From the NCBI GenBank assembly GCA_963826535.1, contig CAWGXL010000011.1, positions 256,809 through 320,808 on the forward strand: a stretch of DNA of 64,000 nucleotides, given 5' to 3'. The notes beneath the pieces were generated by a model, which was given only the letters and a program-made list of their open reading frames with translations, made no database searches and was not told where the DNA came from. A program made the position numbers and the translations under genes. Positions 1 to 9,647 of the stretch are shown piece after piece. The DNA comes from an uncultured bacterium (GTDB lineage Bacteria; Patescibacteriota; Microgenomatia; Levybacterales; UBA12049). Positions within the stretch are counted from its first letter, which is position 1. Each line of letters opens with the position of its first letter.

Positions 1-336
1 CGCAATTCTCTGATTATCTTCAAAAGATCTACCACCTAATTTTGCAAGTTCACTTCTAAGTGTACGGTCCTGGGCTAATATTCCTCCGCTTGCTTCATTT
101 TCTGCTCGCGCAAAAGAATTTTCAATAGCTAAAGAATCTAATTCGCCTGCCTTTAAAAGTAAAGCAGTTTCGTCAAGCATGATTGTTTCTATTGCAGTGT
201 CTATAGCAATTTTTTTTAAATTGCGTGGTATTCCACTATGATATTCACTTCTTGCTGCAAATTCATTAATTTGCCTTCTTAATCGTGCTGCTATTAGTTG
301 ATCGGGGCTAACTGATGATGGTAATTCTCCTGCCAT
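1..336 (-). CDS. hypothetical protein (partial, runs off window start)
   Basis: Manual translation: ATG at 336, open to position 1 (MAGELPSSVSPDQLIAARLRRQINEF...); absent from the ORF track. Confidence 0.6.
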   Translation of the reverse strand, partial: MAGELPSSVSPDQLIAARLRRQINEFAARSEYHSGIPRNLKKIAIDTAIETIMLDETALLLKAGELDSLAIENSFARAENEASGGILAQDRTLRSELAKLGGRSFEDNQRIA

Positions 337-445
337 ATTTATACTGAGGTGTATTTTATACTATTTTAGGGTAAGCATCAATAAATGGGTTATCTCATTT
401 ATGAAGGTTGGTAAGCAGCTTTGGGCAGGGAAATAAAAGAAAATA

Positions 446-769
446 TTATTTGGTAAGTTTTACCGCTTTTTCAGCAACCATTTTGGCTGCATTTATTTCA
501 GTAGCTTGGTAGCCTTCTTGAGCAAGACGCCCATATAATGCTCTCATCGCGTGAGGGTATGCAGCATCGAAGCGCTCACTAAATTTTTTTAAATCTTGTC
601 CATCTCCTATTAATCCTGCTGTTTTCATTATTTCTATTTTCCGGTGAAGTGCTCTTAAAGCTTGCCTTAATTTAAAGTTTGGGCTCTCCATTAGTGTTTT
701 TACTCTTTCCGGATCTATAGTTGGAAATATAACCTTAAGTTCCACACGGCGATTTTTTCTTTCTAGCAT
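446..769 (-). CDS. hypothetical protein
   Basis: 107-aa ORF, no recognisable motif. Confidence 0.55.
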   Translation of the reverse strand: MLERKNRRVELKVIFPTIDPERVKTLMESPNFKLRQALRALHRKIEIMKTAGLIGDGQDLKKFSERFDAAYPHAMRALYGRLAQEGYQATEINAAKMVAEKAVKLTK

Positions 770-878
770 AATTTATCACCTCACTATCTGAAAACTTTAA
801 TAGCCGTTTATTATAGTGTATTAATAGGAGGGACGCAATAAAAGCTGATAATCAAATACGGCTTTAAATTAATCTAAA

Positions 879-1673
879 TTATGCTCCCGTGTTTTGATTG
901 TTATTTATTATAAGTTCTGCAGAACACCACAGCTTATCAAAATATATTCGATATTGTATGCTTAGCGCTGAGCTGTTTATATGAACTACCAAAGGTTCCA
1001 TAGCCGGAGTTAGTATGTATACATGGTCACCGGCTAACCAGACTGTATGCGGAAGTTTGGGTTGAGCGGCACTGATTTTTAAAATATAAGGATTATTAAT
1101 TAAGGGGCCGATATATTTTAAAGCGCTCATTCTTTCGCTTTCAAAGAATAGAATGTTAATCGGGATGCCAAGTTTTTTTAAATTCTTTACTTCTTCAACA
1201 TGCTTATTAAATATTGGTTTAACAAATTCATACCAATCTTCCGGCTCGCCGCCTATAACTGTGTATTCGCCTGCAAATTCAGCCCGTTTTCTAAAGTCAA
1301 ATAGGCCTAATTCGAAGCTATCGGGACCAGAGTAAATTTCAACTTTTTCTCCGCCTTTGCTTATTTTTTTTTCAATTTTTTTAACAACAACTTCTGCTAT
1401 TAATTCCTGCTGCCTTACATTGGTAAGCAATTTTTCCGGGTCCCCGATGCAATAGAATCTTTTCCCGTGGCGGATGGAGAACGTAATTAAGTGACGACGG
1501 GAGAGTGTGTCGAGGGCGTTATATACAATTTGTCTGTGTTTTTTAGTTAGGGCAACAATTGGAGCGACGAAACAGGGGCCGCGTTCTAAAAGCGCGACAA
1601 AAACTAAGCTTTCGGTGTAAGTTAAGCCGAGTTTTATTAAATTGTCAATTAATGCGTGATTGGTAATTTGCAT
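879..1673 (-). CDS. TrmB-family transcriptional regulator
   Basis: N-terminal wHTH (LGLTYTESLVFVALL...HRQIVYNALDTL) and C-terminal effector domain ending YFDKLW. Confidence 0.85.
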   Translation of the reverse strand: MQITNHALIDNLIKLGLTYTESLVFVALLERGPCFVAPIVALTKKHRQIVYNALDTLSRRHLITFSIRHGKRFYCIGDPEKLLTNVRQQELIAEVVVKKIEKKISKGGEKVEIYSGPDSFELGLFDFRKRAEFAGEYTVIGGEPEDWYEFVKPIFNKHVEEVKNLKKLGIPINILFFESERMSALKYIGPLINNPYILKISAAQPKLPHTVWLAGDHVYILTPAMEPLVVHINSSALSIQYRIYFDKLWCSAELIINNNQNTGA

Positions 1674-1704
1674 GAATCGAGCCTAAATAATGAGTTAAAT
1701 CAAG

Positions 1705-1770
1705 ATATTACAGGAAAACTGTCATGGTGTCAATAACTTATATTGACAGTTTAATTAGATTACATATAAT
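1705..1770. promoter_or_regulatory. back-to-back divergent sigma70 promoters and candidate TrmB operator
   Basis: TGTCAATA (1728-1735) and TATTGACA (1741-1748) form an inverted pair giving TTGACA on both strands; TATAAT at 1765-1770 (+) and TAATAT at 1705-1710 (-). Confidence 0.6.
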
Positions 1771-1802
1771 ATATAATGTTACGCGCATAAATAATAAGTA
1801 AA

Positions 1803-2711
1803 ATGACCTTTTTGGAAAAATACGAACTACTTAAAAAATCTATTCCTGTTCCAGCTGTGGAAAACGATACACAATCGGTTGGTTGTGAATACTCAGACGG
1901 AATGATTGCCAGTAAAAACTGTTTCTATTGCGAAGGACTGAAGCAGGAAGACTGCATTTATGCTATATTGTCAGGGTATTCAACTAATATTGCAGATTGT
2001 CTCCACACGCACCAATCGGAAAAGTGTTACGCATGTGTTGCTTGTTCAAAATGTCATAGCTCCACTTATCTATTTGACTGCAATAACTCAACAGACTGCC
2101 ATTACTCAGCTTTACTAAATTCCTGTTCGGACTGTACCGGCTGTGTTGGCTTGACTCACAAGAAATATTGTATTTTTAATAAACAATTCTCCGAAGGAGA
2201 ATACAAAAAGCGGGTCGAAGAATTAAAAATGGAAAAACCTGAAATACTACTCGCGCAAATGATAGATTTGAAGCAAAAGATACCGCATCAGGCAAGCACT
2301 CAATTTAACAGCGAAAATTGTCCATATGGGGACTATATATATGATTCAAAGAACTGTTATTGGGTTTTTAATAGTTTATCCAATGAGAACTCCGGTTACG
2401 CTTTTGATACGACAGGGCTTTTAAATTGCTGGGATATGTATCGTGGAGGAGGTGCGCCTGGCAATGGCCAGAAGAGTGAACGTTGCTATGAAATGTTTTT
2501 TTCAAGGTTTAATTATGAGTGCGCATATCTAAATCACAGTGATAAATGTACTAATTGCATCTATGGAGATTGGCTTACTAACTGTAATGATTGCTTTGGT
2601 TGTATAGGGCTAAAGAGCAAAAAATACTGCATTTTGAATAATCAGCTAACTAAAGAGCAATATGAAAAGACTGTAAAAGGTATTAAAAAAGAGCTAGGGT
2701 GGAAAATTTAG
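1803..2711 (+). CDS. Cys-rich two-repeat protein, paralogue 1
   Basis: 26 Cys in 302 aa; the module ending CxDCxGCxGLxxKKYCIxNxQ occurs twice. Confidence 0.9.
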   Translation: MTFLEKYELLKKSIPVPAVENDTQSVGCEYSDGMIASKNCFYCEGLKQEDCIYAILSGYSTNIADCLHTHQSEKCYACVACSKCHSSTYLFDCNNSTDCHYSALLNSCSDCTGCVGLTHKKYCIFNKQFSEGEYKKRVEELKMEKPEILLAQMIDLKQKIPHQASTQFNSENCPYGDYIYDSKNCYWVFNSLSNENSGYAFDTTGLLNCWDMYRGGGAPGNGQKSERCYEMFFSRFNYECAYLNHSDKCTNCIYGDWLTNCNDCFGCIGLKSKKYCILNNQLTKEQYEKTVKGIKKELGWKI

Positions 2712-2747
2712 TTTTTGAACAAATCCTAATCGTGCTATAATATCCTC

Positions 2748-3170
2748 ATGTTTACCAGTCGCATGGCTTTGAATTTGCTGCGTTACTCGCTTGGGGTGGT
2801 TTTTATTTGGTTTGGGGTACTTAAATTATTTAATGCTTCGCCGGATTTGGAAATACTTAAAGCTTCAATGCCTGCAGTACTAGGGCAGTCGCAATTGTTT
2901 TTTTTGGTGGTTTCAATTCTGGAAATACTTATCGGGATCGGGTTATTTCTGAAGCGTACGATCCGGTTTACAGTAATTGTTATGATCCTGGTTTTAATTG
3001 TAGTAACTGTTGCGGTTTTGCTGACGCAGGGGTTTGATCCGCGATTTCCTATTCTTTCGTTAGCCGGAGAATTTGCGCTGAAGAATCTTGTCCTAATCGC
3101 GGCAGGACTTGTATTGCTTACAAAAGTAGAGAAGAATGAAGAAATACAAGAGGATAAACACAAGCAATGA
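2748..3170 (+). CDS. DoxX-family membrane protein
   Basis: LLRYSLGVVFIWFGVLKLF...GEFALKNLVL, four hydrophobic segments. Confidence 0.8.
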   Translation: MFTSRMALNLLRYSLGVVFIWFGVLKLFNASPDLEILKASMPAVLGQSQLFFLVVSILEILIGIGLFLKRTIRFTVIVMILVLIVVTVAVLLTQGFDPRFPILSLAGEFALKNLVLIAAGLVLLTKVEKNEEIQEDKHKQ

Positions 3171-3249
3171 ATACCCAAACAATATATTCTGAACACGTAC
3201 AAACAAAATTGACTTTTTCCTGTGTGATTGATATTATTCAAGTATAATT

Positions 3250-3474
3250 ATGCGTAAACATATTGTGTCTGATCCAAATATATTGAGCGGTAAGCCTGTG
3301 ATTGCGGGAACACGTATTCCTATTGTCCAGATACTTTTTTTACTAAAGACAGGCTATACGCTACAAGGAATCCAAGAGGAGTATCCCAATGTCAAACTTT
3401 CCACTTTACAACGCGTGTTAAACGAGTTGGCATCCGATATCTCTATTGCAAGGCATGACTCACAAAATTTATAA
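3250..3474 (+). CDS. DUF433 antitoxin (VapB45-like)
   Basis: DPNILSGKPVIAGTRIPI motif. Confidence 0.9.
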   Translation: MRKHIVSDPNILSGKPVIAGTRIPIVQILFLLKTGYTLQGIQEEYPNVKLSTLQRVLNELASDISIARHDSQNL

Positions 3475-3811
3475 ATTCAAACTGCTGCTTGATGAAGGTT
3501 TCTTCCGAAGACATAGGCTTGCAAAACTAAACCAGCTATATAACGTAAAACATATAACCGGAGATTTCCATAAAGAAGGTTTATCTGATCCTGACGTGGT
3601 AGAGATAGCAAAAAAGGAAAATCGGCTTGTGGTTACTTATAATGAAAAAGATTTCCGCACACTAGCAAATAAAAGCAAGGAAACAGGCGTGATCGGTATC
3701 TCTGATAATCTATCCGCGAAGCAGATTGATACGAAACTTACTGCGCTTTTAAAGCAAAGCAATCCAAAAGATCTTTTCGGCAGATTTACGCCTCTGAGCG
3801 GAGAAACATAA
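3455..3811 (+). CDS. DUF5615 PIN-like toxin
   Basis: LLLDEG...GLSDPDV...RLVVTYNEKDF; overlaps the DUF433 gene. Confidence 0.85.
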   Translation: MTHKIYKFKLLLDEGFFRRHRLAKLNQLYNVKHITGDFHKEGLSDPDVVEIAKKENRLVVTYNEKDFRTLANKSKETGVIGISDNLSAKQIDTKLTALLKQSNPKDLFGRFTPLSGET

Positions 3812-3838
3812 GCGGCTCACTTTGGGCACAAAAGAACT

Positions 3839-4747
3839 ATGAACTTCCTTGAAAAATATGATCTTCTGAAAAAATCTATTCCTGTACCTGCAATCATAAC
3901 CTTCCAATCAACTGATTGTGAATATGGAGATATCGTTTATAACAGTAAAAATTGTTACTATTGTTTCGATCCATCATATCTTATCGATGGGATGTATACC
4001 ACGCTTGGATTATGGAGTAATAAACTCGTAGATTGTACATCAGTATCGGAATCGGAAAAATGTTATCAATGTATTGATTCCAATAAATGTCATGACTCTA
4101 CATATCTTATGGATTGCAACAGTTGTACGGATTGCCATTTCTCAGCTTTTTTAAACTCTTGTACTGATTGTTTCGGTTGTGTTGCTTTAACGCATAAGAA
4201 ATATTGTATTTTTAACGAACAATTCTCCAAAGGAGAATATTTTAAAAAAGTTGAAGAATTAAAAAGAGAAAAACCGGAAAAGATTTTGGAGCAGATGATT
4301 GAATTAAAAAAACAGATACCTCATCCGGCTAGTCAGCAAGCCAATAATGAGAACTGTCCTTATGGCAATTATATTTACGATTCAAAAAATAGTTATTGGT
4401 GTTTTAATAGTTACTATGCTGAAAATTCAGGCTATAACTTCATAAGCGCGAACGCAAAGAACTGTTGGGATTTATATTGGTCAGGTAGTGGAGATCGAAG
4501 TCTTATAGCCGAGAGATGTTATGAACTAGTGATTTCAGGACGCTCTTCCTACGATTGTGCTTATTTATTACATAGCGATTTTTGTACAAACTGTTACTAT
4601 GGAGCATATCTTTTACACTGCTCCGACTGCTTCGGTTGTGTTGGGTTAAAAAATAAAAAATATTGCATTTTAAATAATCAACTTACGAAAGAACAATACG
4701 AAAAAGCACTTAAAGAGATCAAAAGTGAGCTGGGGTGGAAAATTTAA
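3839..4747 (+). CDS. Cys-rich two-repeat protein, paralogue 2
   Basis: Same scaffold as 1803-2711. Confidence 0.9.
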   Translation: MNFLEKYDLLKKSIPVPAIITFQSTDCEYGDIVYNSKNCYYCFDPSYLIDGMYTTLGLWSNKLVDCTSVSESEKCYQCIDSNKCHDSTYLMDCNSCTDCHFSAFLNSCTDCFGCVALTHKKYCIFNEQFSKGEYFKKVEELKREKPEKILEQMIELKKQIPHPASQQANNENCPYGNYIYDSKNSYWCFNSYYAENSGYNFISANAKNCWDLYWSGSGDRSLIAERCYELVISGRSSYDCAYLLHSDFCTNCYYGAYLLHCSDCFGCVGLKNKKYCILNNQLTKEQYEKALKEIKSELGWKI

Positions 4748-4768
4748 TTATTAATGCTACGCAACATT

Positions 4769-4861
4769 TGTCATTCCGAGCGAAGTCGAGGAATCTCATA
4801 CCACAAAGTTGCTCAGTGATGCTAGATCCCTCCACTGCGCTACGCTTCGGTCGGGATGACA
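4769..4861. repeat. REP-like palindromic element (TGTCATTCCG...CGGGATGACA)
   Basis: Terminal inverted arms tgtcattccgagcgaagtcgaggaatct / agatccctcc...cttcggtcgggatgaca between convergent genes. Confidence 0.8.
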
Positions 4862-4878
4862 CTGTATAAGATGAGTCA

Positions 4879-5226
4879 TTAAGTAGAGAGGTCTTTTATA
4901 AATTTGTTTTCTTTGTCTACTAAAATGTTGAGGGGTTTTATTGGTTTGTCAGTTAGTTCAAATCCCATGATGATGATCTCCTCGCCTACTTTGATGATAT
5001 GGGCGGCGGCGCCATTCATGCAAATTGTGCCTGAACCTCTTTTCCCTGGAATTATGTAAGTTTCCAGCCGGGCGCCTGTGGTATTGCTCACTATTAAAAC
5101 TTTTTCGCCAATCCATAAGCCGACTCTGTCAACTAAGTCAACGTCAATTGTCATACTGCCAATGTAGTTTGGATTAGCCTCGGTAACTGTGGCTTTATGG
5201 ATTTTTGATCGTAGCATCCATCTCAT
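4879..5226 (-). CDS. panD: aspartate 1-decarboxylase
   Basis: [22 protein letters not shown] (GS self-cleavage site), ARLETY, NGAAA. Confidence 0.95.
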   Translation of the reverse strand: MRWMLRSKIHKATVTEANPNYIGSMTIDVDLVDRVGLWIGEKVLIVSNTTGARLETYIIPGKRGSGTICMNGAAAHIIKVGEEIIIMGFELTDKPIKPLNILVDKENKFIKDLST

Positions 5227-5237
5227 ACGCTTTAATT

Positions 5238-5711
5238 TTACTTTATGCCTAATAATTCAACTTCAAAGATGAGAGTGGAGTTGGGAGGAATATCGCCAGC
5301 TCCCTGTTGTCCGTATCCCAGGTCCGGGGGAATGGTGAGTTTTCGTTTGCCGCCGACTTTCATTCCGATTACTCCGAGATCCCAGCCTTTGATAACCGCA
5401 CCGGTGTCAATTTGGGTCTCCAGCGGTTGACCGCGATCGTAGGAGCTGTCAAATTTTGTGCCGTTTGTCAGGGTGCCGAGATAATGGATGACTATTGTGT
5501 CACCGCTTTTAACTGCAGCGCCTGTGCCGGCTTGGGTATCTTCTATTTTTAATCCTAATGCGCCCGTTGTAGTATCCATAATTTTTGTATTATTTGCCGG
5601 TTCCGGTTGTTTGGCCGGGAGAAAGATGTCGGTAATGTGGAATGTAAATAACGATACTATTATTATTGCTAAAATTCCAACTACCAAAACGACTTGTGTC
5701 GATTTAGGCAT
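5238..5711 (-). CDS. FKBP-type peptidyl-prolyl isomerase with N-terminal anchor
   Basis: [34 protein letters not shown]. Confidence 0.95.
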   Translation of the reverse strand: MPKSTQVVLVVGILAIIIVSLFTFHITDIFLPAKQPEPANNTKIMDTTTGALGLKIEDTQAGTGAAVKSGDTIVIHYLGTLTNGTKFDSSYDRGQPLETQIDTGAVIKGWDLGVIGMKVGGKRKLTIPPDLGYGQQGAGDIPPNSTLIFEVELLGIK

Positions 5712-5859
5712 TTGAGTTATTCTACACGAAACGAAGGATTGTTTGCAAGAGCATATTAGACTTTACTATATGTTTTTCCCTCATGCAAAACAATTCCTAA
5801 GATCTAAATCTTAAAGCCATGCGCCGGGTTTGTCCAATAACTAAGGCCGGAGCGCATTA

Positions 5860-6090
5860 TTAACGGCAGTTTTGTATGCATGATTTATATTTCGATGAGC
5901 AATAACCCCTGTGTGTCTGGACACAGAAATAGTAATATCGCAAACAAGCGTTCACGCAGGTTTGGCTGGGAGCGGCATAAGCATTCTGGACTAATGCGGA
6001 GGAGTTCCCTACCTTACCCACTAACGCAACTAAGGATATCACTCCGATGAACAATGCTACTCCTAAAAATGTAAATAGTATTTTTTTCAT
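5860..6090 (-). CDS. small secreted or anchored 6-Cys peptide
   Basis: Hydrophobic N-terminus, AYA site, then Cx3Cx6Cx7Cx6Cx3C; SD-like GGGGTGG upstream. Confidence 0.7.
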   Translation of the reverse strand: MKKILFTFLGVALFIGVISLVALVGKVGNSSALVQNAYAAPSQTCVNACLRYYYFCVQTHRGYCSSKYKSCIQNCR

Positions 6091-6298
6091 AATACCACCC
6101 CCATCAAAAAATTAATTTTACGAGTGCATAATAAAATATCAGCCAAAATTTGTCAATAACCTGTAATATTTTTTTACATAAAACTCACACTAGAAATTTG
6201 AAGCGAAATTAAATGGCGAAACACAAAAATTTTCTTTTGACAAATGATTTAGAAATGCCTAGACTAGAATTAAGTCGCGCTTGTCAATTTAGCGATTT

Positions 6299-6901
6299 TT
6301 GTTTATGGCTAAAACTATGCATAGTATTAATCTGATGCCTAACCGTGGGGATACGGTACTTATACAATTTCTTAATTGGGCACTCACAATCGGACGCCTG
6401 CTTATCATCCTGGTTGAAACATTGGCGCTTGGTACGTTTCTTTACAGATTTTCTCTGGATATGCAGATCGTGGATTTAAAGGATAAAATAAAAGTTCAGC
6501 GTGCTTTTGTTACCAGTTATAAGAGCCAGGAAGAAATATTCAGGAATCTTCAGGACAGGCTTAATCTAGTCAAGAAATATGATACAAAAGCTGAGAGCAG
6601 TCCAAAGGCTTTAAGCGATATTATAGACATGGGACGCGGGTATATTACTTTTCGAAGTATATATATTTCCAATACGGTTTTTCGGATAGAAGCGTCAGCG
6701 CCGACAGTTGCACCTCTGACAGTGTTTGTTAATTCTCTGAAAAAGTATCCACTTATTAAGTCAATAAGCATAGATAAAGTGGAGAACAAGACATCAAGCG
6801 CCGAAATTATTGTGGGTATTAGCGCATATTTGACCGCGGATACAAAAGCCGCGGATACAACGGCCGAACAATTACAAACTCAGGAACCTTTTAAAGAATA
6901 A
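6299..6901 (+). CDS. PilN-like type IV pilus assembly protein
   Basis: SINLMP motif, TM helix, coiled coil; adjacent to pilO. Confidence 0.7.
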   Translation: MFMAKTMHSINLMPNRGDTVLIQFLNWALTIGRLLIILVETLALGTFLYRFSLDMQIVDLKDKIKVQRAFVTSYKSQEEIFRNLQDRLNLVKKYDTKAESSPKALSDIIDMGRGYITFRSIYISNTVFRIEASAPTVAPLTVFVNSLKKYPLIKSISIDKVENKTSSAEIIVGISAYLTADTKAADTTAEQLQTQEPFKE

Positions 6902-6907
6902 AAAATT

Positions 6908-7534
6908 ATGATCAGACTGCCTAAGAATTTTTTTACAAACCTAACTCCCGCACAATATAAGGAGTATCTAAAGCTGTTACCTGACCTCAAGGATGAAAAG
7001 TCACAACTTTATGCCATGCTTGGGTTCACATTAGTCGCGATGTCGTTTTTTGGGATCTTTGCTATTAATCCTACACTTTCAACTATTGCAGAGTTAAAAC
7101 GGCAGCTCTCAGATTTGCATTTTGTTTACGAAAAACTTGTAACGAAAACACAAAATCTTAGTACGCTGCAGCAGAAATATCAATATTTATCAGGTGATCT
7201 TCCTGTAATAATTGATGCAATGCCCATGAAACCCGAGGTGCCAAAGTTTGTGGCTCAGATTAATGCGCTAATTGCGGAATCTAATTTAGAGACAAGAACA
7301 TTGCAGACTTATGGGGTAGAAATTACTCCGAATAAAAAAGTTCCTGAAAAACAAGCTTTATCTTATGTCTTTTCACTGGAAGCCGAGGGCACGTACGAGG
7401 AAATGCTTATATTTGTGCAGAAAATAACGCGGTTTAACCGACTGGTCACTATTGATATGCTCACTATTGCCAAAGACGAAAAAAGAGATGTGCTTATACT
7501 TAATTTGCGCGGCAGAGAGTATTTTAAACCGTAG
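6908..7534 (+). CDS. pilO: type IV pilus assembly protein PilO
   Basis: TM, coiled coil, AMP, EGTYEEMLIFVQKITRFNRLVTID. Confidence 0.8.
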   Translation: MIRLPKNFFTNLTPAQYKEYLKLLPDLKDEKSQLYAMLGFTLVAMSFFGIFAINPTLSTIAELKRQLSDLHFVYEKLVTKTQNLSTLQQKYQYLSGDLPVIIDAMPMKPEVPKFVAQINALIAESNLETRTLQTYGVEITPNKKVPEKQALSYVFSLEAEGTYEEMLIFVQKITRFNRLVTIDMLTIAKDEKRDVLILNLRGREYFKP

Positions 7535-7587
7535 CTTAAACCATCCGGGTATTATACGCTATATGAAATTTAATAAAAGAGGAGTAT

Positions 7588-8049
7588 ATGTTTAAACGAA
7601 GAGGAGTATTACTAGTTTTGTGGTTGACCTTTATTACGGTGGTGGCCTGGATCGGCTTTCATATATATCACATTACCGTAACTTCGACTATCAGCGAAGA
7701 GTTGCAATTGCAAATCATACCGATTGATCCTAATTTTGATATGGATACTATTAATAGACTAAAGGGGCGAGTAAAAGTTGAGCCGCTTTATCAATTTAAT
7801 GAGAACACCGCGTCCGCCTCCCCGCTTAGCGGGGCTGATGCAGACGTAGCTGACCCCGTTTCAATCGGGGCTGAGGCAAATTCTCCACCCGCCGACACGG
7901 GACAGGGTCCAATTGATGCAAGTCCAACGACCGACTCCCCGCAAAGCCTTGGCTCCGAGGGGCAAGCAGAGCCGGGCGACGAAAGGGCGACGGACGAGGG
8001 TATCTCTCCAACTGAAAGTACATTGCCGCTAGTAACCGGAGCGCCATGA
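7588..8049 (+). CDS. membrane-anchored hypothetical with low-complexity tail (pil cluster)
   Basis: TM helix, PIDPNFDMDTI, then tail containing palindromic inserts. Confidence 0.7.
   Translation: MFKRRGVLLVLWLTFITVVAWIGFHIYHITVTSTISEELQLQIIPIDPNFDMDTINRLKGRVKVEPLYQFNENTASASPLSGADADVADPVSIGAEANSPPADTGQGPIDASPTTDSPQSLGSEGQAEPGDERATDEGISPTESTLPLVTGAP
7811..7838. repeat. in-frame palindrome CCCCGCTTAGCGGGG, copy 1
   Basis: Core 7820-7834; about 27-bp near-match to 8560-8586. Confidence 0.7.
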
Positions 8050-9632
8050 AAAAAAAGTTTTGGGATAAACGCATACCTTCTCTTCTAGGGCTCTTATTTT
8101 TAGCCATTTCGGTGGGTATGGTTGCGTGGTTTGGGGGAGGTTATACAGAACTCAGAGGAAGAGCTTCTGTTGAAGAAACTCCTAAAAATGTACAAATTTC
8201 TAATATAACTGACACATCCTTTACTGTTTTTTACACTACCGATATAAAGACGGAAGGCGCTGTAGCTTATGCCCGAGACCCGAGTTTCGGACAGGTAGGG
8301 CTTGACGACCGGGACCGGGAGAGCGGTAAACCCAGTTTGCGTCAGGTACACTACGTAACTCTAACACAACTCGATGCGGGCACGAAATATTATTTCGCGA
8401 TTCAGTCAGGAGCAACAACGCATCTAAATAATTCTCAACCATACGAGGTAACGACAGCGACAGTTAAGCTGGGGACTCCACCTAATAAGACTCCAATTGC
8501 AGGTACGGTTAATTTGGAGGATGGGAGTATTCCGCTGGAAGGAATTGTTTTTGTAGATACGTCGGCGTCCCCGCTCAGCGGGGCTGGGGCAAGCCCTTCG
8601 GCAGGCTTAGCGCCTAGCGGATCTGCGCAGACTTCGCAAATTCTATCCGTACTTCTGCGGGAAGACGGGAGTTATATCCTTCCTATTAGTTCCATGCGGA
8701 CAAAAGATCTGGCCACTTATATTGAATTTACTTCCGAAACTAAAATAAACCTGACCATTCTTAATGCAACAAGTCAGTCACGAGTCTCACTGCTCGCAAA
8801 TCAGACAAGTCCGGTTCCTTTGATTACATTATCCAAGGATTATGATTTTGCCGCTAATTCCCAGTCAATAACAAACCCCACAGCTTCCGGGTCCGGCACC
8901 ACGCTTAGCGGGGCCGGGGCTGCTTCTACTTCAGGTGAGTTAACTCCAAATGATTCCAATTCAGGATTTCCATTATTTCCCGCCACTGTTGCCAGCGGGC
9001 CGGCTATATTGACACCAGAAAACGATGAAAATTTTATTGACCCACAGCCTATATTTGCCGGAACGGCGCTGCCTAACGCAACAGTCGAAATTATAATTCA
9101 GTCAGATGAAACACTACAGGCAAGTGTTCAGTCGGATAATTTTGGTAATTGGCAATACCGGCCGCCTCTACCACTTACACCAGGCGAGCATATTTTTACA
9201 ATTATTGCCCGAGATACTAATGGCATCCTGCAGACTATTAATCGAAATTTTACTGTGTATGCGTCAGGCAGCCAATTTAACGAACCATCGATTGAGCCGA
9301 CAATTGATCCTAATGCAACTCCGACCAGTGCGGCTTCAGCTACACCAACACAATCCCCAACGCCTACAATAAATGTAACTCCTATATCACTGCCCACACC
9401 TACTACGTCATCTATTTCAGCTACGCCCGACTTGACACTAACAATTAGCCCGACACCAAATTTGGCGCTTACAATGGCCGCATTATCTGCGACCCCTGAT
9501 CCCGCTTCCCTTACAGCAACAGCCATGGCAACAGGCGCCACTATTGCTCCAAGCGGAAATTTTACATTGCTTTTTGCCGGTTTTATTGCTGCTCTTTCAA
9601 TTACCGCAGGTTTTGTGCTATTCTTCTTGTAG
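8046..9632 (+). CDS. surface protein with fibronectin-III and Ig-like domains and Pro/Thr-rich stalk
   Basis: NVQISNITDTSFTV...HYVTLTQLDAGTKYYF; GTALPNATV...DNFGNW; TPT repeats; C-terminal TM. Confidence 0.85.
   Translation: MKKKFWDKRIPSLLGLLFLAISVGMVAWFGGGYTELRGRASVEETPKNVQISNITDTSFTVFYTTDIKTEGAVAYARDPSFGQVGLDDRDRESGKPSLRQVHYVTLTQLDAGTKYYFAIQSGATTHLNNSQPYEVTTATVKLGTPPNKTPIAGTVNLEDGSIPLEGIVFVDTSASPLSGAGASPSAGLAPSGSAQTSQILSVLLREDGSYILPISSMRTKDLATYIEFTSETKINLTILNATSQSRVSLLANQTSPVPLITLSKDYDFAANSQSITNPTASGSGTTLSGAGAASTSGELTPNDSNSGFPLFPATVASGPAILTPENDENFIDPQPIFAGTALPNATVEIIIQSDETLQASVQSDNFGNWQYRPPLPLTPGEHIFTIIARDTNGILQTINRNFTVYASGSQFNEPSIEPTIDPNATPTSAASATPTQSPTPTINVTPISLPTPTTSSISATPDLTLTISPTPNLALTMAALSATPDPASLTATAMATGATIAPSGNFTLLFAGFIAALSITAGFVLFFL
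8560..8608. repeat. in-frame palindrome CCCCGCTCAGCGGGG, copy 2, followed by an AAGCCCTTCGGCAGGCTT hairpin
   Basis: Core 8569-8583; a degenerate third copy lies at 8899-8913. Confidence 0.7.
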
Positions 9633-9647
9633 AAAAATTCCAGCGCT

